From positions 434,001-498,000 of the forward strand of contig OZ025685.1 of the NCBI GenBank assembly GCA_964019335.1: a DNA stretch of 64,000 bases, given 5' to 3'. Numbering within the stretch: the stretch's first letter is position 1; each line of letters opens with the position of its first letter. Under the pieces are notes generated by a model. The model saw nothing but the letters and a program-made list of their open reading frames with translations, was not told where the DNA came from and made no database searches. Source of the stretch: Diplonema japonicum. Taxonomy: Eukaryota > Protista > Euglenozoa: Diplonemea. Position numbers and translations under genes: made by a program. Of this stretch, positions 20,428 to 30,285 are shown piece after piece.

Positions 20428-21957
20428 ATGTCGCTCAGTCAGCTGAGGTGTGTGGCGATCGCTTCTATAATAGGCTTCTGTGCAGGTTTTGAAACTTACG
20501 TCCTGACACCTGCGGACAAGCAAGCCGTTGTGGACGAGCACAACAGAGTGAGGGCGATGTACGGGGCGTGCCCTCTTGAATGGGATGACAGTCTCGCACT
20601 TGCGGCTTCTCAAGACCGCAAATTGTCAATGTGCACGACTGGCACACCAGTGAGGGGGGAAAGCTTCCTGGAACACCTCTTCGCATTCAAGCAGCCCGTG
20701 TCCATGTTGGAGGTCGTGCAGGAGTGGACCGCTAAGATGAGCCAGTACGACAGCCTCGCGCACCCCCTCACGACCGAGGTCAAGGCGGTTCGTGAGTTCA
20801 CTCAAATTATATGGAAGCCCACCCTCCGTGTGGGGTGCGCCATCTGCTCCCACGATCTCAACACGATCGGGATCTTCAGCTACACTTCGTGCAGGTACTC
20901 AGAGGCAGGCAACATCGACAACGCCTTCGCCACGCTAATCGGAAACAAAGGCGACACCTGCGACAAGTGCAAAGGCGTCACCTGTGCTGCTCCTACCGGT
21001 CCTTGTTTTGCACAAGGAGTCTGCGATCCAAACACTGGAATGTGTTCCAACCCCACCAAGCCCGACAACACTCCTTGTGACGATGGTGACGCAAGCACAG
21101 ACTTCGACTTGTGCACGAATGGTGTGTGCGCTGGCTTTGACCTGTGTGCGGGAATAACCTGCCAGCCTTTGGACGAATGCCACGTGGTTGGGGCCTGTGT
21201 TGGGGGTGTTTGCACCAACCCATCGAAGCCCGACAAGACACCATGCAGGGGTGGGGCGGGAGAGTGCATGGGAGGGAAGTGCCTGGACGTAGGTGGACAG
21301 GGTGGGGGCTGCAGGGCAACCCCCGCGTCTGCAAAGCACGGAGGCATGGCTCTGGCTGGAAGCCCCATTGCGGCAGCTGACCTGACAGCAGCACACACGG
21401 AGCCTCTGGACAAGGGGTACCTGCAGGACTTCTCACAGGTGGCAATGTCGGGTGTGGAGGACGGGCTAGTGTACAGGCTTCCGGGGGACAGCTTGGACGA
21501 GGAGCTCGTGTTCAAGTGCCCTGTGGGGTGCGGAGGGCAGTGCGAGGTGTATGTGGTGGGGTACCACTGCCCGGCATGCCAGTTGTCGATGAAGCACGGA
21601 GTGGTGAAGACAGCACAGGAGGCCGGGTGGGAGGTGGCACCGTGTGCACCTGAGCTGCACGTGGATGGGAAGAAGCAACCTATGGTGTCGATGCGGAGGG
21701 TGATTGCGGCTGGGGAGAGTGCGTCCTTCCCGTCGGCAGGGGGCGTGAGCGGGCTCGCTCTGTCATTTACCAGGAAGGCTTCGAAGGCCGTACCTGACTG
21801 TGCAGCGCAAGACAGCACCTCGTGCGACGGGGTCGTTGGGTGCAAGCTCCACAACCAGGAGTGCCGCACAGAAGGGTGGTGTCCCAGGAGGTTCTCCAAA
21901 GGACCCTTTGTACCCCGCACTGGGCCCGGCTGCTCCTCATGGTGTTTGAGTGCTTGA
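20428..21957 (+). CDS. Secreted CAP/SCP-domain protein with Cys-rich repeats and conserved C-terminal domain (copy B)
   Basis: Signal peptide; HNRVRA, LEWDDSLA, FTQIIW..TLRVGCA, CRYSEAGN. The 3' ~910 nt are nearly identical to copy A. Confidence 0.88.
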   Translation: MSLSQLRCVAIASIIGFCAGFETYVLTPADKQAVVDEHNRVRAMYGACPLEWDDSLALAASQDRKLSMCTTGTPVRGESFLEHLFAFKQPVSMLEVVQEWTAKMSQYDSLAHPLTTEVKAVREFTQIIWKPTLRVGCAICSHDLNTIGIFSYTSCRYSEAGNIDNAFATLIGNKGDTCDKCKGVTCAAPTGPCFAQGVCDPNTGMCSNPTKPDNTPCDDGDASTDFDLCTNGVCAGFDLCAGITCQPLDECHVVGACVGGVCTNPSKPDKTPCRGGAGECMGGKCLDVGGQGGGCRATPASAKHGGMALAGSPIAAADLTAAHTEPLDKGYLQDFSQVAMSGVEDGLVYRLPGDSLDEELVFKCPVGCGGQCEVYVVGYHCPACQLSMKHGVVKTAQEAGWEVAPCAPELHVDGKKQPMVSMRRVIAAGESASFPSAGGVSGLALSFTRKASKAVPDCAAQDSTSCDGVVGCKLHNQECRTEGWCPRRFSKGPFVPRTGPGCSSWCLSA

Positions 21958-22468
21958 GCAAAGCTGAGGAGGTGAAGAGCGAGACTGGAATACTTGACTT
22001 TTATCTAAGAACCATAGAACCAGCGACAGCTAATTGCGTTAATGTCCCTTTTTTACTTCAATTTTTCTTTCTCTTTTTTCATCTTTTCCTTCCTTGGCTC
22101 CAATTAAGGAGATAGGGCATATCGGGTGACGTGCTCCAGCAAGGAAGCAGGCGAAGGAAAAAATAAGAAATATTATTACTCTCTTCCTGTCAGTCATTAA
22201 AAGAAGAAATATTATTACCCTCCTCCTGTCTTTTAGGAATGCAGATACAATCAAGCAGACTTAGAAAATTAATGGGTTTTTAAAAAAAAAAGAAGAAGAT
22301 ATGAAAGAAAAGAGGAAAAAAAAAGTTGTGACTTGAAATAATTTAAAAAAACAAAAAAGATATTCTGGAAAGGAAAACCCCCTGTTATTTCTTTTCGGGT
22401 ACTTCCTTTTTTTAAAAGGATCCCAGTCCACGGTGGGCACCAAAACCAACTGCAAAAAATGGGCCGAA

Positions 22469-22501
<33 letters not shown>

Positions 22502-22559
22502 CCTTCTTTTTTTTCTTATTCTCCCTTTCTACAAGTAAAGGTAAGAATAAGATGGTTCT

Positions 22560-22610
<51 letters not shown>

Positions 22611-22837
22611 TTCTCTTTTTTTTTCTTCTTTTTTTTCACCTTCCACGAGTGCCTTAAGATCGAGAGGCTGCTGGCGAGAAGACAAAAAGCAAATTTGCTA
22701 TAGTATTGCTGATTTTTCGCCAGTGCTCCGTTCTTAAAGGGAAGAGGGGAGGGACGAAGAGGGCAACGAAATAAACGGGTTTTTGTCGAGCATGCAGTAT
22801 TGACCCGCGTACCACGGCAAAAATCGGTAAGAATAGC

Positions 22838-22968
22838 TATTTACTGCCAACAAGTAATGACTTTACCGTTACCTCGAGGTTCCGCATTTTACCGTCGAGG
22901 GCCCGCAGGGCCCGAGATGGTAAAATGCGGAACCGAGAGGTCGGTAAAGCATTACTTGGCGGTAGGTA
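22838..22968 (+). repeat. ~130-nt imperfect palindrome/hairpin
   Basis: Perfect 16-bp stem 22878-22893/22919-22934, plus gggccc/gggccc, acctc/gaggt, ctttaccg/cggtaaag and caagtaatg/cattacttg; 3-nt loop. Confidence 0.9.
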
Positions 22969-22973
22969 AGTGG

Positions 22974-23576
22974 TTTTATTTCACGACACTCTGAAATTAC
23001 TTCACCACGAGGGGCACAACAGGGTGACAAGGGGTACAACAAGAGAGGGGTTACAAAGGTTACAATACAAGTTGTTTTCCCTCCTTTTGTTGACTAAGAG
23101 CTGCCGCTGTCGCTGGCATTGCCACTGTCACCATCTCTAATCAGGCCTTCCCATACCTGGCGCGGCCGCTGGCTCCTTTTTTTCTGCTGCTTCGGTATTT
23201 TGAAGTCATTTGGGGAGCTTGGGTAAGCTGACTAAGTTACCCTTACCCACAGAAGAGTTACCCCCAGAAACTGGGAACAAGGCCTAGCCAAAAGTGGGCA
23301 AATTGGGAGGAAAAAGTAGGCCAACTTGGAACTGAGCCGAGGCAAAAGTTGGCCAACTGAGCTGAACCTGGGGGGAAATAGCAAACTGAGAGGAAAAAGT
23401 AGCCCCACTGGGAACCGAACCGAGGCAAAAATTGGCCTACCGAGGCATATTATTTAACGGAAACCCCCTATTACTTCACGGAAAACAGGCCATTATTTCA
23501 CCGTGAAGTAATGAGATTTAGCGTGAAGTAATGGGCCCCCCAGTGCGTGAAGTAATTTCTGAAGAGTGAAATAAAA
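22974..23576. mobile_element. Foldback/MITE-like element with ATTACTTCAC motif arrays and a nested insert
   Basis: Imperfect ~40-bp TIRs (gaaattacttcac 22993-23005 / gtgaagtaatttc 23547-23559; ttttatttcac / gtgaaataaaa). Five direct and four inverted motif copies. Confidence 0.65.
23298..23445. repeat. Degenerate direct repeat, period ~83 nt
   Basis: gcaaattgggaggaaaaagtaggccaacttggaactgagccgaggcaaaagttggcc versus gcaaactgagaggaaaaagtagccccactgggaaccgaaccgaggcaaaaattggcc. Confidence 0.85.
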
Positions 23577-24054
23577 AAAAAAAACTTGTCTTGCCATCAT
23601 TACCTCACCCCCCCCCCCTCTCCCCAAATACACCGCTCTTTTTAATGTCCAATCTTCTTCCATCGACCGATATGTATGAATTTTAATAATTTTAATAATC
23701 TTTAACGAGATTTTGCTCTATCCCCACCCCACCCCATTTCTTTTTTTTTTTGCGGACAATAAAAAACACGTAGTCGTAAAAACGAAAATCACTAGGAGGA
23801 AAGATTATACCGGAAGCCCTGAACCCGTCCGGATATTTTTTTCCTTCCGGTGATTTTCTCTTTTTTTTACAGGATTATTGTTATTCTTTTTTTTTTTTTT
23901 AAATGTTTTTTTTTTTTTTTTTTTTACTGAGTGACATGCAACAAAGGAAAGCTGGGCACCCCAAGGGTTTGTTAAATACTCTTTTTAACAGAAACAAAAA
24001 AAAAAAAAAGATTGGGTTAAGTTCAGTCCTTTGTTGCTGAGTCTCGGTGTTTCT

Positions 24055-24095
<41 letters not shown>

Positions 24096-24439
24096 CCCCG
24101 ACGTATTGAGTGCAAGTTTTTCTGGAACAGTGAAAATGGTGAGCACCCTTGCACTGAAACTTTTCTTTTTCCAAATTTTTCACTGAAAACCGTTTTGTAA
24201 AAAAAAGAAGAAAAAAAAAAACGAAGAAAGTTGGCTGCTTATTTGTGCACTCCGAACTCCACACATCGAGTGGTGAAGCCCGGTCTTATGCTCTCCACCG
24301 CACCCTGGGGCGCAATGCGTCAATATAGATGGGACAGATGGGCCGAAGTCGATGCGAGCCATATTGTTGACTTGCGCAACTTCTTTTTTTTTCTTATACA
24401 ACAATTCTTTTCAAAAGCTTTTTTTTGCTTTACTTGTTC

Positions 24440-24474
<35 letters not shown>

Positions 24475-24668
24475 ATTAATAATAAGAAGAAAAAAAAATG
24501 CAATCGATGCTTTTTTTTTTTTCTTCTTTTCTTTTCCCCCCCTCTTTAATTTTGTGTGTGCTTTTTTTTTTTTTTTTTTTTTTTTTTTTTGGTAGCCCTC
24601 CTCCCATCAAAAGTAGATGTTTTTTTGTTAAACATTCAAAACATTTACACAACAAAAATAAAAGGGAA

Positions 24669-27600
24669 ATGAAATATGAGAGGCCTTGTTCGCCAGGATT
24701 GATTCTGGACAGGACGTACCCAGATGCGAAGCACGATGTAATGCCGGTGCGAAGCCGGATGACTGAGAAATACGTGATACAAACAGAGCGAGATAAATCC
24801 TTGGTTAAGCGTTTCTTTGAAGGCACACTGTACGGAAGCGATGAGGAAAAACACAGAAAGGATCACAAGTCTGTCCTCCACGAGGTTGGCGGCCTCGCTT
24901 CAGATGCAGACCAACACACTCCTCTGTACACTCCAAAAAGTAGAATCGTGCACATGACCGATTTGGGGAGATCAGGAGTAGAACAATTATACACACGAAA
25001 CGAGGCTTCCCTAGCTGCCGCAGATGAGCTGATCGAGAAGGCATCTGGGGTGAGCAGTGCTTACCAATCAAAGCTGCAGGACAAGAAAGATGAACGGTCC
25101 AAGATTCCCGACACCGACATGGATAGCTTCGATATGTTAAACAAGCTGAACCTCATCAAAGAGGAACAACTGCATCGCAAGGCCGCACCCGAGCCTAGCA
25201 CGGTTCACCATTACAATTCCCGCCTCTCGAAGCTCAATTTAGTGCTGGACAACTCTGAATCTGAGAAGATCGTGGATACTTCTGATATGCAGTGCAGCTT
25301 CACCGATTCCAGCGGTGCTCTGCACTCCCCCGATGTGACACATGCGGTCTCCCTCGCCACTAGGAAGCGTTCTAGTTCCGCAACAAATCTTATGAAGCTC
25401 GTCGCCAACAAAAACCTTTGGAAGATCCGCACTCAAAAAGCAGTTCAGGAAGCCATCGACACCACGAAGAAAGAAATGTACAACGAGCTCAAGAGCAACG
25501 CGCACGCCGATCTCTTCACGGAGCTGGAGGAGGCCAAGGCGGCACATGAAGACACCATCGCCCAGCTTGCGGTGCAGACCAGTGTTAATCACGACTCTAA
25601 AAAGCTTCAGCTCCAGCTTCAAGAAAAAATCTCTGCCCTCCGGGAGGAGCTGTGGCCTTTGAAGGACATGAAGCGGCAGATGAAGCTGATCGATGTGAGC
25701 GAGATGCAACAAACGATAGTATTCTTCGAGAAGGAGCGGAACTACCTGTACAGCAAGATCTTCAACGTCGACACGGCGCCCAGCAAAGCGGAGATGAAGG
25801 AGAGGATACCAAGCACCGTGGACGTGACTTCACAGATACGATCCCTCGCCACGAAGGCGCAAGGCGACAAGCTTCTAAAAAAGATGACAATAGAGAACCA
25901 ACGGCTACGCGAGAAGCTCTTCTCACTCACGACACGATGCAGGTTGCTAGAGATGAACACAATGCACATGCTGGATCAGGACGCATACATTAAAAGAGAG
26001 CGGGCAAGCAGCCTGAAGCCGCCTCGAGTACAGAACAATCAGAAACGTAGAAGCATCATGGAGCTGGAGAGCAGAGCGGTGCTGACAGCCTGCGAGGAAA
26101 TTGTGCAGCGTGTGGTCGGCGCAGAAGGTTCGGAGACCGAGAAGCGATACATCAACGAAGAGTGCAGCCAGGAGGAGATGAACAACCAAGAGATGTTGAC
26201 ACGCATCCTGAGCATGACAGGGTGGGACACCGGGGGGAACGCTGAGCAAAGGTCCTGCGTGAGCAAGATTGTGAAGGAGTTTCTACACACTATTTCTAGA
26301 ATCGACCTGCAAAGGGTGAAGATGCAATCCTCGATCCTGCCACGCATCGTGGACTTCAGCGGCGCACGGCAAGTAGTGCTCGACATCTTCAGTGCATCAC
26401 CGCACCTTGTAAACTGCGAAATGTCAGAGCTGATGCGAATCGTAACGGGCCCCTTGAAGACACTACTGGGGTGCATTCCGCAAGGGAGAGAGCTGCAGGT
26501 TCCGAAGAAAATGCAGAAATGGAACACCAGATCAGTCACGGGGTATGAGTTCCGGGAAATACCTGAAACGGAGCTGGTGAAGCTGAACAAGGTCAGGAGC
26601 ACAGTGCTGTCTTTCTTAGACATGAATCTAACAGAAGATTCGTACCCGCATGTCATGGATGCATTGGCGGACTGGGTACGCGTTGTGTCGGAAGACCAAG
26701 CCCTCAGGAAGCATCGTGGGGCCGTCATCCTTGACGCGAATAACGAAGAGATCGGACGCACGGCCACGGTGCCTGCAAAGGCACTCAACGTGGTCTACAG
26801 CAACGCGATGGTACCAATGGCCTACATCGTCGCGGGGAAGCTGTACCACATGAACGGCGAGGCCGCTGATGCAAAAGACACGCAGCACATTGCAAAGGGC
26901 GCACATGATTCTTACGGGAAGAAAGTCAACATTTCCGTGAGTCCTACCAACGACAGCACCACGGAGGGTGGCGGCACAGTGATTTGGGAAGCTGACGAGG
27001 AAGACAGCGACACGGATGATGTGACAAACATTGCGAAGTCTTTGCTGGAAGATGAGGATGAGGACGACATCAGCGAGAGCGGCAGTGATGACGAAGAAGG
27101 CGAAAATTCAAACACCGACAATGAAGACAGCCATGTCAACAGGGAGAACGGCGGTCAGTCTAGCAGGCACTCGACGCAAGAACTTACCACAGCCCCTAGA
27201 ACCCGAAATAGCTCCGCAGTCTCTGAACAGAGCGGGTGCGACAAGCGAACAACCAGTAGAGAAAGTACAACGGTGTTGAAAGAAAATGCCGACCCTGATG
27301 TAGTGTTGCCGTCTAAAGAATTGCTGAGTGAGCTGAAGGCTAAAAAGAAACAGTTGAAACAAGCAAGGAAGGCACTGGCCCCGAGCAACGGAAAGAAGTT
27401 CTGGAAGCGTGCGTGGGAGCTGACGAGGGAGGAGTACGCGATATCGACGGCAACCATCGAGCAGCACGCGTTGTCGCTGCACCACTGCCTGTTTTTCCTG
27501 TTTAAGTCGCTGAAGCTCACATTCGATGTCCCTGACTCGCTGATAAAATCTGTAGCAAGCACAGTTGCAGCAACCACTAAGAAAAAGGTCGGAAAGGGGA

Positions 27601-30027
27601 AGTGTGCAAAACTCTTCGCGTTGTTCGACAGAGACGCCAACATGGCGAAGGTCTTCACAAGCCTCTTCTCTAAGAACCTGGTCACAAACAAGGCAATTAA
27701 GCAAGCACAGGCGAACATCGTGACACAGCAGGTGATGGAGAACAAACAAGCACCAACGCAGCGTGGCAAAAAACCAATAAAGCAGGAAGCAGACAGCCAT
27801 GCGGCAAAGGTTGTGTCCGTCACCCATGCCTTAAGCGCAGTCAAGCGCTTCTTTGAGAATAAAGCACACTACGAAGCGGCGGAGATTATGGACAGCATCA
27901 CAACTACACCGGAGTTCCTGACTGCCGTCTCACAGGGGGAAGTCCCTACTATCAGTGACGCTGAAAAGCAAACCATTACCGAGACACCCCGCACTCATGC
28001 CTCGAAGCGGAGGAAGTCTAGTGTGGAAAATATGCTGCCACTCGTACTGACATTGTATGACACCATCCTGAACTTGTTCATAGTGGTGCGACAGGTATCG
28101 TCCTTTCTACCACTCGTTACACCAAACAGAATGTATCTGCAAAGCCCGCTGTAGACGAGAGAAAAATCACATCTGTACTAGACTCCGAGGTATGACGTGC
28201 TCCAAGCCTCGCTCCACCCAAACCACTCCACAGTTGCCGAAGACGACGTCGAAGGCTGCACTAGAACACGTTGTGTATATCGCGAGAGCGTTCATGGAAT
28301 ACCTGCAAAGGGAAACGTGTTGTGGGACTGAGAAGCTACGGAGAATACTGCTCTGTGCCGTGTCCAGAGTAAGGGGAAGAGCGGAAGGGCGGGCTGAGAA
28401 GAACATTAAGTTGGCGGCGAACCAGTTCCGAAAGGACAAGCAAAGACCCATGCAGTTGGAAGCGGAGACCAAAAAGCGGGGCCCTGTCAGTCCTTTGAGG
28501 AAAAAGGATGCGAAGTCGCCAACGACAAGAGGGTCTTCAAAGGCAACAACTCCCAAGCCGGGATCCCGAGATGTCGCCCCCGCTCTCCAGCCACCCACCC
28601 CTCATAAAGAAAAGAAGACAAGTCGTTCTGTGGTGCCCCTTGACCCGAAAGCACTGTCTTCGACTGCCGATACTGGGAAGGAGAGCTTCGGTTACAAAAC
28701 GCCAAGTCAGCTTTTAGACGTTAATAGGGGAGCTCAGGAGACGATCTTGCAGACTGCCCAACCGCAAGCAGAGACGGTGTCGAGTCGTGAAGAAGCGCGG
28801 CAGCACCCAGTCTCGCCAGAGGCTGTATCAGGTTTAGAGTCAACACCAATGTCAGTAGCTAAGCCCACCACATTCGAAACTGTAAAGAGACAAGGGGCCT
28901 CGTCCGGTATTTCAGAGTCAAACTCCACTCAAAAGATTTTGCCACACCCTGGAGGAGCACAGGAAGCAGTGCCGGTATTTTCGGTTGGATCTATACCCGA
29001 GCCGATTGGGATAGATGTGCAGTTGGTGTCTTCGGAGAAATCGTCACCAGCGACGCGAACCCAAACACCGCAGCCTGCAACAGAGACGCAATCCCAACCT
29101 GCATCTCAATCTACATCACTGTCGCAGCCTGAAGAACAATTTAAATCGCAACGCCAGCCTACTTCACGGGCCCAATCTGCATCACAACCACAACCTGAAT
29201 CACAACCCCAACCTGCATCACTACAACTTGAATCACTACCACAACTTGAATCGCAACCACAACCTGAATCACTACCCCAACCTGCATCAGAACCCCAACC
29301 TGCATCAGAACCCCAACCTGCATCACAACCCCAACTTGAATCACTACCACAACCTGAATCACAACCCCAACCTGCATCACTACCCCAACCTGTATCACTA
29401 CCCCAACCTGTATCTCAACCTACGCAGCCTGAAATACAGTTTATACCGCAATCCCAACCTGAATCACACGTAGCGGTCTCTCAGCCCACGTCTCCATTCC
29501 AGTCGCAACCTTCGTCACCACTCGCCCAAACCTCGCAACCCGCACCGCTAGCTCAAACTTCACAGCCCCCACACACTGCCTTGAAGACAACGTTCTTATC
29601 ATCGGCATCGCCCCAACGAAGCAGCGGTCTCAATGCGCAGGACAGAGAAGCTGCACAGCCTACGAAGACGCTGCAGTCGACTATCTCGCTGCATCGAATG
29701 TGGCCCTCTGGAAGCACCAAGACGCAGCTAGAGAGGCCTGTACTTCAGTCGGGGGGCATACAAGGAGAGCAAGCAGGAGCCATAGTAAGTAAGGGCAGCA
29801 AGCTGCCTGAAATTAGAAACCCGCCCACACAGCCAAGGGTTGAGGAAGATGCAACGCTCATGCGAATTGGGGGCACAAACAAGAAGCTCGCAACTAAGAA
29901 ATCGCTAAGTCGTCTGCCATCTATAAAAAGGCAAATACAATCAACTGAGGACATCTCGGGGCTGTCCATTGGCAACAGCAGCACATTGGGACCTGTCACC
30001 GTGTCCAAGAAGAGTGCGATGCGATGA
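24669..30027 (+). CDS. Large hypothetical protein (coiled coil, acidic tract, Q/P/S repeats), 3 exons: 24669-28094, 28130-28189, 28234-30027
   Basis: Introns 28095-28129 (GTATCG..AAACAG) and 28190-28233 (GTATGA..CCACAG) join the two long ORFs in frame through a 60-nt exon. Confidence 0.8.
29170..29470 (+). repeat. Coding minisatellite, ~18-nt unit ((Q/L/E)PQP(E/A/V)S)
   Basis: Tandem ccccaacctg(a/c)atca(caa/cta/gaa) units. Confidence 0.9.
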
Positions 30028-30285
30028 ACACCGCTCACCGCTCCTTTCAATTCCTGGGTTTCCACCCGGCTTTCTTTCTTTTTTTTTTAAGGTGATCCTG
30101 TCACATCTGCAGGTTCCCTTCAAAGACATCTTTTTTTGTCTTTTTGCTCGTTTTGGCGTGTTGTATCTCCTCTATCCGCTCTCTGTTGTTTTTGCCTTTT
30201 GCGCTTTTTTTTTTTTTTTTTTTTTTTCCTTTTTTTTTTTTTTGTGACTTTTACAGATTTAACACCCATCAGGCCTGATGCGACA

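Noticed and set aside
23440-23576. Short repeats with variable spacers resembling a CRISPR array
   Set aside because: Repeats are only ~11 nt, occur in both orientations, have ~10-nt spacers, and there are no cas genes in this eukaryotic context.
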